Assembly: GCA_043673925.1 (NCBI GenBank)
Contig: JBIMKC010000005.1
Span: 1-36,358 of the forward strand
Direction of reading: 5' to 3'
From: Chromatiales bacterium
Lineage (GTDB): Bacteria; Pseudomonadota; Gammaproteobacteria; JACCXJ01
Length of the DNA: 36,358 nucleotides
Shown: positions 21,686 through 32,068 of the stretch, piece after piece
How positions within the stretch are numbered: position 1 is the first letter of the stretch
How the letters are laid out: each line of letters begins with the position of its first letter
Notes under the pieces: model-generated
The model's database searches: none
Told to the model about the DNA's origin: nothing
What the model saw: only the letters and a program-made list of their open reading frames with translations
Position numbers and translations under genes: made by a program

Positions 21686-22825
21686 ATGTTTGAATTAATG
21701 GATACCTATACTCAGAGTGCGGTAATTAAGGTGTTGGGGATCGGCGGGGGCGGCGGCAACGCGGTTCAGCACATGCTGGGCGCCAAGATCGACGGGGTGG
21801 AATTTGTCTGTGCAAATACGGATGCTCAGGCGTTGAAAAACTGCTCGGCCAGGACCATCATCCAGTTCGGTAGCAATATCACCAAGGGCCTCGGCGCGGG
21901 CGCCGATCCGGAGAAAGGACGGCAAGCTGCGCTTGAGGACCGCGATCGGTTCATGGATGTCTTGGAAGGCGCGGACATGGTGTTCATCACTACCGGATTG
22001 GGTGGCGGGACCGGGACGGGCGCGGCGCCAATCGCGGCGCAGGTGGCCAAGGAGATGGGCATCCTCACGGTGGCCGTGGTGACGAAACCTTTCGCGTTTG
22101 AAGGTAAAAAGCGCGCCGAGATCGCCGGCGACGGGATCCGGCACCTCAGCCAATACGTCGATTCGCTGATCACCATCCCGAACGAGAAGCTAATCGCGGT
22201 GCTCGGCAGGGAGATCAGTTTGCTGAATGCCTTTGGCTGCGCTAACGACATATTGCTGGGGGCCGTTCAAGGGATCGCCGAGCTGATCACCTGCCCGGGT
22301 CTCATTAATGTTGACTTCGCCGATGTGCGCACGGTAATGTCGGAGATGGGAATGGCGATGATGGGATCGGGCGTGGCGACGGGACCCGACCGCGCCCGCG
22401 TCGCGGCGGAATCGGCGATAGCGAGTCCCCTGCTGGACGACGTTAATCTCTCCGGCGCCAAGGGAATTTTAGTGAATATTACCTCGGGACCGGAGCTCAC
22501 GATGGGCGAGTTCGAGGAAGTCGGAAATACCATTAAGGGCTTTGCATCCGATAGCGCAACCGTGGTGGTGGGAACCGTGATCGATGCGGCCATGACCGAT
22601 GAGGTGCGCGTGACGGTCGTCGCCACGGGCATCGGGACGGAGCCGCGCTCGCTCGCGGAACCGGTGGTGCTAAATAAATCCAAGCCCGTGACCGAGATCG
22701 ATTACAAGGCGCTCGAGCGCCCGACGGTTATCCGCAACAAGGCAGACAAAGGTTTGGAAGCTCTCGATAAGGCGAGCCCAAATTATCTTGACATACCGGC
22801 CTTCTTAAGACGGCAGGCGGATTAA
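21686..22825 (+). CDS. ftsZ: Cell division GTPase FtsZ
   Basis: GGGGGNA, NTDAQAL, GAGA.PE, GGGTGTG signature, INVDFADV, C-terminal LDIPAFLRRQAD. Start ATG 21686 (MFELMD) follows GGAGG. Confidence 0.99.
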   Translation: MFELMDTYTQSAVIKVLGIGGGGGNAVQHMLGAKIDGVEFVCANTDAQALKNCSARTIIQFGSNITKGLGAGADPEKGRQAALEDRDRFMDVLEGADMVFITTGLGGGTGTGAAPIAAQVAKEMGILTVAVVTKPFAFEGKKRAEIAGDGIRHLSQYVDSLITIPNEKLIAVLGREISLLNAFGCANDILLGAVQGIAELITCPGLINVDFADVRTVMSEMGMAMMGSGVATGPDRARVAAESAIASPLLDDVNLSGAKGILVNITSGPELTMGEFEEVGNTIKGFASDSATVVVGTVIDAAMTDEVRVTVVATGIGTEPRSLAEPVVLNKSKPVTEIDYKALERPTVIRNKADKGLEALDKASPNYLDIPAFLRRQAD

Positions 22826-22871
22826 CGCTTTCATGACACGGGGGGCATTTATGTTGCATTGCAGTATCGCG

Positions 22872-22880
22872 TGTTAGACT
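22872..22880 (+). promoter_or_regulatory. Candidate extended -10 promoter of lpxC
   Basis: TG-T-TAGACT in the ftsZ-lpxC spacer, about 32 nt before the lpxC ATG; no well-spaced -35. Confidence 0.35.
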
Positions 22881-22912
22881 TGCAATAACAACGACTGACG
22901 AGCGAGGGGGAC

Positions 22913-23824
22913 ATGATAAAACAACGCACTCTCAAAAATGTCATTCGCGCCACTGGGGTAGGCTTACACACCGGGAAAAAGGTCTTAGTGACGCTACGCC
23001 CCGCCGCGGCAAACTCCGGGATCATCTTTCGCCGTACGGATCTCAATCCACCGGTGGAAATCCGGGCGCGCGCCGAGAACGTCGGTGATACGCAGCTATC
23101 GACCAGCCTTGCCAGGGGTGAGGTGCGAATTTCCACCGTGGAGCACTTGCTGTCCGCGTTCGCCGGCCTCGGTATCGATAACGCCTATGTCGATGTCAGT
23201 GCGCCCGAGGTTCCGATCATGGACGGGAGCGCGGGACCGTTTGTCTTTCTGCTACAGTCTTCCGGCATTGAGGAACAGAACGCCTCGAAGCGGTTTATTC
23301 GCATCAAACGCAAGCTTGCGGTCGAAGATGGGGATAAATGGGCAAAATTTGAGCCTTTCGATGGTTTTAAAGTGTCATTCTCCATCGAGTTCGATCATCC
23401 ATTTTTTCGCGAGTCGTGCAAGTTCGCGGAGGTCGACTTTTCGACCACCTCGTTCGTAAAGGAAGTCAGCCGCGCGCGCACCTTTGGATTCCTGAAGGAG
23501 GTCGAGATGCTGCGCGAAATGAATTTGGTGTTGGGAGGGAACCTCAGCAATGCCGTCGTCGTTGACGATTACCGCGTGCTAAACGAAGACGGTCTGCGCT
23601 ATGAAGACGAGTTTGTAAAACATAAGATTCTGGACGCCATCGGGGATCTTTACTTATTGGGTCACAGCCTTATCGGCGCATTTCATGGCCATAAGTCGGG
23701 ACATGCATTAAACAATCGGTTGTTGCGGAAGTTGTTGGAAGATAAAACGGCGTGGGAACTCGTTAGTTTCAAGGACGAGGTGGAATTGCCGATCAACTTC
23801 ATGCAACCATCGCCGGCCGTATAA
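22913..23824 (+). CDS. lpxC: UDP-3-O-acyl-GlcNAc deacetylase LpxC
   Basis: [49 protein letters not shown]. Confidence 0.98.
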   Translation: MIKQRTLKNVIRATGVGLHTGKKVLVTLRPAAANSGIIFRRTDLNPPVEIRARAENVGDTQLSTSLARGEVRISTVEHLLSAFAGLGIDNAYVDVSAPEVPIMDGSAGPFVFLLQSSGIEEQNASKRFIRIKRKLAVEDGDKWAKFEPFDGFKVSFSIEFDHPFFRESCKFAEVDFSTTSFVKEVSRARTFGFLKEVEMLREMNLVLGGNLSNAVVVDDYRVLNEDGLRYEDEFVKHKILDAIGDLYLLGHSLIGAFHGHKSGHALNNRLLRKLLEDKTAWELVSFKDEVELPINFMQPSPAV

Positions 23825-23839
23825 GCCGTTTGAAGGTAC

Positions 23840-24292
23840 TTAAGCGTTTTTTGATAGGCGCTTTAAGGCGCGTCCCAAACCCTTATCCGAGCACTGTTTC
23901 GATACAGAGAGCAAGAGGCGAGCGCTGCCTGATGACAGAACGGGACGCGTAGCGTTCGGCTTGTGCGTTGTTTCTATCCGCGGGTGGATCCTCACATGCA
24001 AGGCGCGCAGGGCCTCGTTCGGGCATCGTGCCTGTAATTGCTCCATGAGCTGCGGCGCCATCAACCGGACGCGGGCCGCCCAAACGGGCGAGTTCGTGCT
24101 TACGACCAGCGTTTCGTCCTGCACATTGGCTACCGCGCAATGACGCTGCCATTCGGGCGGCAACACGCTAAGTAGAGCGCCCTCTAACGAGGCGAGGCGC
24201 CGTGCATGGTTGACTAGTTTCCCGCACCGGCCGGAAGGATTAATATTGAGCAGCTTACCAATGACGATGGCTTGGTGGGGTTGACGAGGCAC
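23840..24292 (-). CDS. dciA: DUF721 / DciA-family helicase loader-like protein
   Basis: HCAVAN....TLVV...SPVWAARVR....L..L pattern and basic tail L.RALKRL; canonical reverse-strand position between lpxC and secA. Confidence 0.82.
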   Translation of the reverse strand: MPRQPHQAIVIGKLLNINPSGRCGKLVNHARRLASLEGALLSVLPPEWQRHCAVANVQDETLVVSTNSPVWAARVRLMAPQLMEQLQARCPNEALRALHVRIHPRIETTHKPNATRPVLSSGSARLLLSVSKQCSDKGLGRALKRLSKNA

Positions 24293-24350
24293 CGTCGGGC
24301 GTCCGTAGTCAGTTCACGATCCGGTCTTCGGTAAGCGCATACTAGTTTCA

Positions 24351-24359
24351 ATTATAGCA
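24351..24359 (-). promoter_or_regulatory. Extended -10 promoter, probably for dciA
   Basis: Minus strand reads TGCTATAAT (perfect TGn-TATAAT), about 60 nt upstream of the dciA start. Confidence 0.6.
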
Positions 24360-24398
24360 GTTGCTTGCATTTCCTACTTTAGCTAAGTTCCCATCCCT

Positions 24399-27134
24399 AT
24401 GCGTGCGAACCTGAGCATCAGTGGTTTCCTGGGCCGCGTTTTCGGGAGCCGTAACGAGCGACTCCTGAAGCGGATGACAAAGACGGTGACGCGAGTCAAC
24501 GAACTGGAATCGTTTTGCGCCGCGATGAACGACGCGCAACTCGCGGCGAAGACCCGGGAGCTTCGAGATCGGTACGGCCATGGCGAGGCACTGGACGACC
24601 TCTTACCGGAAACGTTTGCCGCGGTCCGGGAGGCCGGAAGACGGGTGCTCGACATGCGGCACTTCGACGTACAGATTATCGGCGGGATGGTGCTGCACGC
24701 GGGTAAGATTGCCGAGATGCGCACCGGCGAAGGTAAGACGCTCGTCGCAACGCTCGCCGCTTACCTCAATGCGTTAACCGGGAATGGGGTGCATATCGTT
24801 ACCGTAAACGACTATCTAGCCCGCCGCGATGCGCAGTGGATGGGGAGAATATTCGAGTTCCTGGGCATGAGCACCGGCGTTGTTGTCCCGGGCTTGTCGC
24901 AAGCGGAGCGGCAGGCGGCCTACGGCGCGGACATCACCTACGGAACCAATAATGAATTCGGATTCGATTACTTGCGCGATAACATGGCTTTCTCCAAGGC
25001 CGACCGCGTGCAAAGGGGCTTGAATTTCGCGATCGTCGATGAAGTCGATTCGATCCTGATCGACGAAGCCCGCACCCCATTGATTATCTCCGGCCCTACC
25101 GAAGATCGTAGCGATCTTTATGTCAGGGTCGACAAACTTATTCCCAAGCTTACCAGGCAGCGTGAAGAAACCGGTCCCGGCGATTACACGGTGGACGAGA
25201 AAGCAAAACAAGCCTATTTGACCGAGCAGGGACACGAGCGCGTCGAGCAACTTTTAGCGCAAGAAGGCTTATTGCAGGGTACTGATAGTTTGTACAGTAC
25301 TGGTAACATCGGACTGATGCACCACCTCGGTTCGGCCCTACGGGCACATGTTCTATTCCACAACGACGTCGAGTATATCGTGCGCGATAATGAAATTATC
25401 ATCGTCGATGAGTTTACCGGACGGACGATGCCGGGAAGACGCTGGTCAGAAGGACTGCATCAGGCGATCGAAGCCAAGGAGGGCGTGGCGATCCAAAATG
25501 AAAACCAAACGCTTGCCTCGATTACCTTTCAAAATTACTTCCGGCTCTACCACAAGCTCTCGGGGATGACCGGCACGGCGGATACCGAGGCGTATGAGTT
25601 TCAGCAGATTTACGGCCTGGAAGTGGTCGTGATTCCCACGCACATGCCGATGATTCGGGACGACCTTGGAGATCTTGTTTACCTGCCTCAAGAAGATAAG
25701 TTCAAGGCGATTGTCGATGATATCAAAGATTGTCACGCTCGAGGCCAACCGGTTCTGGTCGGGACCGCATCGATCGAAACCTCCGAGTTTGTGTCCGCTC
25801 TGCTGCGAGAGGAAAGCTTGGAACACCAGGTATTGAATGCAAAATTTCATGCCAAGGAGGCGCATATCATCGCCCAGGCGGGGAGGCATGGAGCAATCAC
25901 GATCGCCACCAATATGGCGGGCCGCGGAACCGATATCGTGCTCGGCGGCGGTTTAGACGAAGAGATGAAGGCGATCGAGAACCCGGACGAGGTCACGGCC
26001 GCGCGCCTGAAAGCCGAATGGCAGCGCAGGCACGATCAGGTCGTAACGGCAGGGGGGCTTCACGTGATCGGTACCGAACGGCATGAATCGAGGCGCATAG
26101 ATAACCAGTTGCGCGGCCGCTCCGGGCGGCAAGGCGATCCTGGATCCAGCCGCTTTTATCTATCGCTAAAAGACAATCTCATGCGTATTTTCGCCTCCGA
26201 TCGGGTTGCCGGGCTCATGCAGCGCTTGGGTATGCAAGAAGGCGAAGCGATCGAGCATCATTGGGTCACACGCGCGATCGAAAACGCCCAGCGCAAAGTC
26301 GAAGGGCACAACTTCGATATGAGAAAGCAACTCCTAGAATACGATGATGTCGCCAATGACCAGCGCAAGGTGGTCTATGAGCAGCGCAACGAGCTTATGG
26401 ATGCCGAGGATATTTCGGAAAATATTCAGGGGATCCGGCACGACGTCGTTTACAACATGATCGACACCTATATACCGCCGCAGAGTTTGGATGAGCAGTG
26501 GGATCTGCAGGGTCTCGAGGATGCCGTGGAGAGCGAGTTCGGTCAGCGCCTGGAGATCAAGAAGTGGCTGGAAGAGGATGGATCGCGCGATGAAGAGTCC
26601 TTGCGCGCCAAGATGCTCAGCGAAATCGAACGCGCTTACGAGCAGAAGGAAGCTGTTGCTGGAGCGCAGGTCATGCGCCATTTCGAAAAGGCGGTGATGT
26701 TACAGGTATTGGACGCACACTGGAAGGAGCACCTCGCAGCGATGGATCACCTGCGGCAAGGGATCCATCTGCGAGGATACGCGCAGAAAAACCCCAAACA
26801 AGAATATAAGCGCGAGGCATTTCAGATGTTCTCGCAAATGCTGGAAGAGATAAAACGCGATGTCATAGGGATCGTCTCGCGTGTGCAGGTGCGTGCGGAA
26901 GAGGATGTCGAAGCCGTGGAACGGCAGCGGCGGCGCGCCGCACCGGTCGAGTACAGCCATGAGGAAGTGGGTAGTTCTTTAGAGGATCGAGATCAAAGCT
27001 CCGCTCCGCCCGGGCCGCCCGCACCGGCTATAAAATCGCCGGTCACGCGTCAGCATCCTAAGATTGGCCGTAACTCGTCGTGCCCGTGTGGCTCCGGCCG
27101 GAAATACAAACAGTGCCACGGAAAGCTCCAGTGA
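24399..27134 (+). CDS. secA: Preprotein translocase ATPase SecA
   Basis: [15 protein letters not shown] (Walker A), [42 protein letters not shown]-terminal [18 protein letters not shown]. Exact start uncertain. Confidence 0.99.
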   Translation: MRANLSISGFLGRVFGSRNERLLKRMTKTVTRVNELESFCAAMNDAQLAAKTRELRDRYGHGEALDDLLPETFAAVREAGRRVLDMRHFDVQIIGGMVLHAGKIAEMRTGEGKTLVATLAAYLNALTGNGVHIVTVNDYLARRDAQWMGRIFEFLGMSTGVVVPGLSQAERQAAYGADITYGTNNEFGFDYLRDNMAFSKADRVQRGLNFAIVDEVDSILIDEARTPLIISGPTEDRSDLYVRVDKLIPKLTRQREETGPGDYTVDEKAKQAYLTEQGHERVEQLLAQEGLLQGTDSLYSTGNIGLMHHLGSALRAHVLFHNDVEYIVRDNEIIIVDEFTGRTMPGRRWSEGLHQAIEAKEGVAIQNENQTLASITFQNYFRLYHKLSGMTGTADTEAYEFQQIYGLEVVVIPTHMPMIRDDLGDLVYLPQEDKFKAIVDDIKDCHARGQPVLVGTASIETSEFVSALLREESLEHQVLNAKFHAKEAHIIAQAGRHGAITIATNMAGRGTDIVLGGGLDEEMKAIENPDEVTAARLKAEWQRRHDQVVTAGGLHVIGTERHESRRIDNQLRGRSGRQGDPGSSRFYLSLKDNLMRIFASDRVAGLMQRLGMQEGEAIEHHWVTRAIENAQRKVEGHNFDMRKQLLEYDDVANDQRKVVYEQRNELMDAEDISENIQGIRHDVVYNMIDTYIPPQSLDEQWDLQGLEDAVESEFGQRLEIKKWLEEDGSRDEESLRAKMLSEIERAYEQKEAVAGAQVMRHFEKAVMLQVLDAHWKEHLAAMDHLRQGIHLRGYAQKNPKQEYKREAFQMFSQMLEEIKRDVIGIVSRVQVRAEEDVEAVERQRRRAAPVEYSHEEVGSSLEDRDQSSAPPGPPAPAIKSPVTRQHPKIGRNSSCPCGSGRKYKQCHGKLQ

Positions 27135-27185
27135 ACGTACGGCGAATCCAGCGGGACACTGGTTAATGACGATTCCTCCACGCGG

Positions 27186-28385
27186 ATGACCAGCCTCCTG
27201 GCGGTACCTGGGATCCGCCTCGGTACGGCCGCCGCCCGCATTAAACACATGGACCGTGATGACCTCGTGGTGATCGAGTTGTGTGAAGGTACCGCAAGCG
27301 CCGCGGTGTTCACACAGAATCGCTTTTGCGCCGCGCCCGTGATCCTCGCACGCAGGCACATCGCGCAGTGTCCGCCAAGATATCTGTTGATTAACTCGGG
27401 TAACGCCAATGCCGGCACGGGTTCGCAGGGAATCGACGATGCGCTGACGAGTTGCCGACAATTGGCCGGCCTCGTGACCTGCAAGGACGAGGCCGTGTTA
27501 CCATTTTCAACCGGTGTTATAGGTGAGAGATTACCGGTAGAAAAGATCAGTAGCGCGATTCCTGAAGCTGTCGCGACGTTGGCGGCGGACGGATGGGATG
27601 CAGCGGCGCGGGCCATCATGACGACGGACACCGTACCGAAAGCTTGTTCGGCAAGAGTCGAGGTGGGTGGTCGGATGGTCACGGTGACCGGGATCGCAAA
27701 AGGCGCCGGAATGATACAACCGAAGATGGCGACCATGCTGGCATTTGTTGGGACCGACGCGGCTCTAGGTACAAACGCTTTGCAGCAGGGGTTGAAACGA
27801 ATCGTAGACTGTACATTCAACCGGATCACGGTCGATGGCGATACCTCGACAAATGACGCTTGTGTTCTCTTTGCTTCAGGCCGTTCCGCTCTTCCGATCA
27901 TCGAGGATATCGACAGCCGCGAGGGGCGGATGATCTATGCCGCTATTCTCGATATCAGCTTGAAGCTCGCGCACTCAATCGTGCGCGACGGGGAAGGCGC
28001 CTCCAAGTTTATTTCAGTGGAGGTGGGCGCCGGGGAGTCTGAGGAAGAGTGCGCGCTTATCGCTCGTGAGGTTGCCAATTCACCTCTGGTTAAGACCGCG
28101 TGTTTTGCCTCGGATCCGAATTGGGGCCGTATCCTCGCCGCGCTCGGCCGCGCGGCCCCCAAGGATCTCGATATCAGCCGCGTGCGTATTTGCATTAACG
28201 ATGTAGTGGTGGTTTCCGCCGGCGCACGGGCGGTAGGATATAGCGAGCAGCAAGGCCGGGCGGCGATGGCGAAATCCGAGCTTGCTATTCGCATCGATTT
28301 GGGTCGGGGTAGCGCCAATAGCGAGATGTGGACATGTGATCTGTCTTACGATTATGTTCGAATCAACGCCGGTTATCGCACCTAG
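27186..28385 (+). CDS. argJ: Ornithine acetyltransferase / N-acetylglutamate synthase ArgJ
   Basis: NSGNANAGTG, STGVIG, IMTTDT, KGAGMI.P.MATML (autocleavage Thr), DGDTSTND, DGEGA, DPNWGRI. Confidence 0.96.
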   Translation: MTSLLAVPGIRLGTAAARIKHMDRDDLVVIELCEGTASAAVFTQNRFCAAPVILARRHIAQCPPRYLLINSGNANAGTGSQGIDDALTSCRQLAGLVTCKDEAVLPFSTGVIGERLPVEKISSAIPEAVATLAADGWDAAARAIMTTDTVPKACSARVEVGGRMVTVTGIAKGAGMIQPKMATMLAFVGTDAALGTNALQQGLKRIVDCTFNRITVDGDTSTNDACVLFASGRSALPIIEDIDSREGRMIYAAILDISLKLAHSIVRDGEGASKFISVEVGAGESEEECALIAREVANSPLVKTACFASDPNWGRILAALGRAAPKDLDISRVRICINDVVVVSAGARAVGYSEQQGRAAMAKSELAIRIDLGRGSANSEMWTCDLSYDYVRINAGYRT

Positions 28386-28433
28386 GACCTTTTCTGCTCT
28401 TGGCCGTTCTTCCGTTTGTTGAGGTGAAATCCT

Positions 28434-29381
28434 ATGGCCGACAGACCGGTGCACGTTGCCGTGGGCGTCATCGTGAACGAGGGGGGCAAAGTTCTCGTAT
28501 CGAAGCGAAAAGCTACGGCTTTTCATGGCGGATTATGGGAATTTCCGGGCGGAAAGGTCGAACCGGGAGAGCACGTAACGCAAGCGTTACGGCGGGAGCT
28601 ATTTGAAGAACTTGGAATAGAAATAACCTCTTACCGGCCCTTAATCCAGATACGGCACAGCTACCAACATAGAGAGGTTAATCTGGACTGCTGGCGGGTC
28701 GAGCAGTGGCGTGGAATCGCGCACGGCCGTGAAGGCCAAGCTATTACTTGGTCAGGCACAGCGGATCTCGATGAGAAAATATTTCCCGGGGCGAATAAAC
28801 CGATTATTACAGCGCTTCGGTTGCCTAATTTATACTTGATTAGCCCCGAGCCCAGTGGTGATCTCGATCACTTTCTCGTGAAACTCGATCAGTGTTTATC
28901 CGCCGGTATTCGGATGTTCCAGCTGCGGTCTAAAGAGATGCCGAAATCGCGGTACGAGAGGCTCGCGTGCGAGGCGCTCCAGGTTTGTAGGCGGCATGAG
29001 ACCATGTTGTTATTGAATACTTCGCCGCGAGCCGCTGTGTCACTTGGAGCGCATGGCGTACACCTTTCGGCGCGACGTTTACGTGAGTTGCGCGCGCGTC
29101 CTATTGCCAGCTCCTATTGGGTTGCAGCCTCCTGTCATAGCCGTGTCGAGGTCGAATGGGCGAATGAGATTGGTACCGATTTTATTGTGCTATCCCCAGT
29201 CCTTAAGACGGCTACGCATCCAGGAAGCCCAGTGCTCGGATGGCAAGAGTTTAGCGAGCTTGCCAGGGGCGCGCGGCAGCCTGTTTATGCCTTGGGTGGT
29301 CTGAGCGCGTGCGATCTCGAAACGGCGTGGCGGTGCGGCGCCCAAGGGGTTGCGGGAATACGAAGTCTCTGGACAGCGTAG
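28434..29381 (+). CDS. mutT: MutT-type Nudix hydrolase fused to a thiamine-phosphate-synthase-like (ThiE/TenI) domain
   Basis: WEFPGGKVEPGE...ALRRELFEELGI Nudix box in the N-terminal part; C-terminal QLRSK, GVHL, ASCH, LSPV..TATHP, PVYALGG. Confidence 0.9.
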   Translation: MADRPVHVAVGVIVNEGGKVLVSKRKATAFHGGLWEFPGGKVEPGEHVTQALRRELFEELGIEITSYRPLIQIRHSYQHREVNLDCWRVEQWRGIAHGREGQAITWSGTADLDEKIFPGANKPIITALRLPNLYLISPEPSGDLDHFLVKLDQCLSAGIRMFQLRSKEMPKSRYERLACEALQVCRRHETMLLLNTSPRAAVSLGAHGVHLSARRLRELRARPIASSYWVAASCHSRVEVEWANEIGTDFIVLSPVLKTATHPGSPVLGWQEFSELARGARQPVYALGGLSACDLETAWRCGAQGVAGIRSLWTA

Positions 29382-29422
29382 GAGCCTTACTCTACGGCTC
29401 GTCTTGTTAAGGCCAGAGCGGA

Positions 29423-29626
29423 TTACTCGGTGGCCAGGACATGTCGCGATTCGAAAAGCTCGTCCGCGTTGCCGATGGATGCTGAATCGGCGCACGGTAT
29501 CTTGCGATTTTCGTCCATCCATTCACCGAGATCGATTATCCTGCAACGCCTGCAACAGAAGGGGCACCATGGGTTATCTTTGGAGATATCCACCGGTTTA
29601 CGGCATACGGGGCAGGGCGCGTTCAT
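29423..29626 (-). CDS. yacG: DNA gyrase inhibitor YacG
   Basis: CPVC...PFC...C..IDLGEW zinc-finger pattern. Start ATG 29626 overlaps the zapD stop (ATGA). Confidence 0.92.
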   Translation of the reverse strand: MNAPCPVCRKPVDISKDNPWCPFCCRRCRIIDLGEWMDENRKIPCADSASIGNADELFESRHVLATE

Positions 29627-30453
29627 AAAATACAACACTGCAGATCAAACTCGACGTCGCTCCCTGTTTGAACAGGGCGTGCAGAGGTTTCAGGTTGCTC
29701 TAAAAAGCGTATGGTAAAACGGTGTTTACCGCCGCTAACCTCGGGGAACAACTCCGCTGCGGACGGCAATTGAACCCTAATCAGTTGGTGAGCGACAGTC
29801 GGCTCCAAGGACTGCTGATAGAAACCGCCTAGGGCGGAAACACTTGTCGTATAAGCGCTGTCACGGATCGCGTGGAGCGCAAGGAATACCCCATCTCTGA
29901 TCACAGACAGTTCGTCTAGCCAGCTATGTATGCGGTGAAGCCTGTGGGATGACGGGCGTTTCAGCCAATAGTGGTACGCCGGTAGATCGAAATTACAGGT
30001 ACCGCCTGGAATGGCAGTTCGCTGTTTAACGGCGTTAATAAGCTCATCCTGCCGGAGCATGTGGCCGGGCTGATAACCCGGGTGTTTCAAGATTTTCAGC
30101 GTCTTATCGTGGTTTAACAGCGTCTCGTTGAGGCGATGACAGTCTACGTGAGGATTGCTTCTAAGGCGGCTAAAAGTCGCTAAATGGCGCTCAAGCTCCT
30201 TGATCAATTCACCCTTAATATCAGACCGCCATAGAACATCCGTGATGTCGATCAACCCGCCCAACGCGGCACGGCTATCCCATTCCGAGAAACCACTAAT
30301 ACGCTCGGAAATGAAAAGGAATAGATGTTCTAAACGAAGTAAGACGCGGACACGTTCATTCAAGGGTTGCTCATAGGTAATGATTGCGACACCTTCCGCC
30401 AAGGGAACATATTCGCTCTGCTCGGGCGTTAAACGAGAAGTTTCAACTGTCAT
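29623..30453 (-). CDS. zapD: Cell division protein ZapD
   Basis: YEQPLNERVR.LLRLE, IPGGTCNFDLP..HYWL, GFYQQ, PEVSGGKHRFTIRF; coaE-zapD-yacG order. Confidence 0.95.
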   Translation of the reverse strand: MTVETSRLTPEQSEYVPLAEGVAIITYEQPLNERVRVLLRLEHLFLFISERISGFSEWDSRAALGGLIDITDVLWRSDIKGELIKELERHLATFSRLRSNPHVDCHRLNETLLNHDKTLKILKHPGYQPGHMLRQDELINAVKQRTAIPGGTCNFDLPAYHYWLKRPSSHRLHRIHSWLDELSVIRDGVFLALHAIRDSAYTTSVSALGGFYQQSLEPTVAHQLIRVQLPSAAELFPEVSGGKHRFTIRFLEQPETSARPVQTGSDVEFDLQCCIL

Positions 30454-30546
30454 GACTGAAGCTACACCGAGTTCGTCAGCATATCGCGGAGCTACATTCG
30501 CGTTGCTAATGGGCAGCCCGGCACGCCAAGCTACAGAGGCCCATTA

Positions 30547-31161
30547 CTAAGGGTTTGTACAAGCGAGGTAGCGCATATGCAACGCGTGCACCTGTCTTTG
30601 TATATGAGCTAAATTCGCGTCATTCGTTAATACATCGTCGGCCGCTTCGAGACGTTGCTCGCGGGAGACCTGAGTCCGAATGATCGCTTTAGCCTCTTCT
30701 GCTGTCAAATGATCGCGCTGCATGACTCTCTCTAACTGGATCTCGATCGGCGTGTCGACGACCACAACGCGGTCGAAATGCGAGACCTTCCCTGCTTCTA
30801 GAAGCAGGGGGACACAGCAGATGCAATAGGGTGCGCGGACCGATTGCGCGCGTTGCTGCATTTCCTGCAAGATGCGTGGATGCAATATCGCTTCAAGCTG
30901 CTTACGCCGCGCGGCATCGTTAAAAATAATCTTCCGCAACGCCGCGCGCCTTAATTCACCATGACTATCGAGAACATCCCTTCCAAACGTTTTGACTATC
31001 AGGTTTAAGACAGGTTGGCTAGGTGTAACCAATTCGCGTGCGATCTGATCGGCGTCGATTACGGGGACGCCGAGGCCAGCAAAGACGGCGCACACGGTGG
31101 ATTTTCCCGCGCCAAACCCACCCGTCAGCGCAATTCTCGTAGCTATGCTACCGTTATCCAC
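30547..31161 (-). CDS. coaE: Dephospho-CoA kinase CoaE
   Basis: IALTGG.GAGKST, IDAD.IAR, LEAILHP, VPLLLE, R.MQRD, ADDVL.N. Start probably GTG 31161, overlapping the pilD end; the track's 31341 start lies deep inside pilD. Confidence 0.95.
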   Translation of the reverse strand: MDNGSIATRIALTGGFGAGKSTVCAVFAGLGVPVIDADQIARELVTPSQPVLNLIVKTFGRDVLDSHGELRRAALRKIIFNDAARRKQLEAILHPRILQEMQQRAQSVRAPYCICCVPLLLEAGKVSHFDRVVVVDTPIEIQLERVMQRDHLTAEEAKAIIRTQVSREQRLEAADDVLTNDANLAHIQRQVHALHMRYLACTNP

Positions 31162-32021
31162 TGCATGTAGGCTGTGACGAGATCCTTCCCCCAGAGTAGC
31201 GAAATCCATCCCGCACAAGCGAGGTAGGGCCCAAAAGGAATCGCGGTGCCGCGATCCGCTCCTTGAAACGCGATCTGTGTGATGCCGATCGCGGCGCCGA
31301 CGAACGATGACAATACGATAATTACCGGTATCGCCTGCCAACCGATCCAGCCGCCGAGCATCGCGAGCAACTTAAAATCACCGTGGCCCATCCCTTCCTT
31401 ACCGGTGGCGAGCTTGAACAATTGATAAACGATCCACAGGGTTAAATAGCCTGCCATGGCACCGCCGACGCTGGATTCAAGATCGGTGAAAACACCAAAA
31501 AAATTACAGGCGATCCCGAACCAAAGAAATGGGAGCGTAATCGAATCAGGCAGATACTTCGTATCCATGTCAATGAAGCTCAGTGCAACTAGGCTCCAGC
31601 TTAAGAAAGCCGCGCATAGGGTTTGTAAACTAAAACCCCAGCGCCAGGCTATCGCCGCTGCTGTTACGCCGCTTAGTAGCTCGACCAACGGGTAGCGCAA
31701 GGATATCCGCTCGGCGCATGCCCGGCAGCGACCCTTTAGAAAACAATAGCTCAAGAGCGGGATATTCTCTAACGCAGTGATCTTATGGCCGCAATGAGGG
31801 CAAGAGGAACGTGGGGATGTTAGGGAGAATCGTGACGTCGGGAAGGCGTCGGCTTGACCAGATAATTCCGCGCACTCGGTCCGCCATTCTTGCTCCATCA
31901 TTCGTGGTAAGCGATGGATAACCACGTTGAGAAAACTCCCCGCCGCGAGTCCAATCAAACCCATGAAGGTCGGAAACGCGAGCGGGGTCGTCTCGAAGAA
32001 TACAGCTAGGGTTTCTAACAC
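31143..32021 (-). CDS. pilD: Prepilin peptidase / N-methyltransferase PilD (A24)
   Basis: GSFLNVVIHRLP, CPHC and CRAC zinc motifs, ENIPLLS, RYPLVE, FIDMD and GMGHGDFKL catalytic aspartates, IPFGPYL; intact. Confidence 0.96.
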   Translation of the reverse strand: MLETLAVFFETTPLAFPTFMGLIGLAAGSFLNVVIHRLPRMMEQEWRTECAELSGQADAFPTSRFSLTSPRSSCPHCGHKITALENIPLLSYCFLKGRCRACAERISLRYPLVELLSGVTAAAIAWRWGFSLQTLCAAFLSWSLVALSFIDMDTKYLPDSITLPFLWFGIACNFFGVFTDLESSVGGAMAGYLTLWIVYQLFKLATGKEGMGHGDFKLLAMLGGWIGWQAIPVIIVLSSFVGAAIGITQIAFQGADRGTAIPFGPYLACAGWISLLWGKDLVTAYMQWITVA

Positions 32022-32068
32022 TAATTGGTCGCTTTCGGCGCGTGTGGCCGCGTACCGTACAGGCGAGA

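Noticed and set aside
5225-29717. Many antisense and alternate-frame ORFs inside the dcw, secA, argJ and mutT genes
   Set aside because: They lie within well-supported genes, have no recognisable motifs and are expected shadows of GC-rich codon usage.
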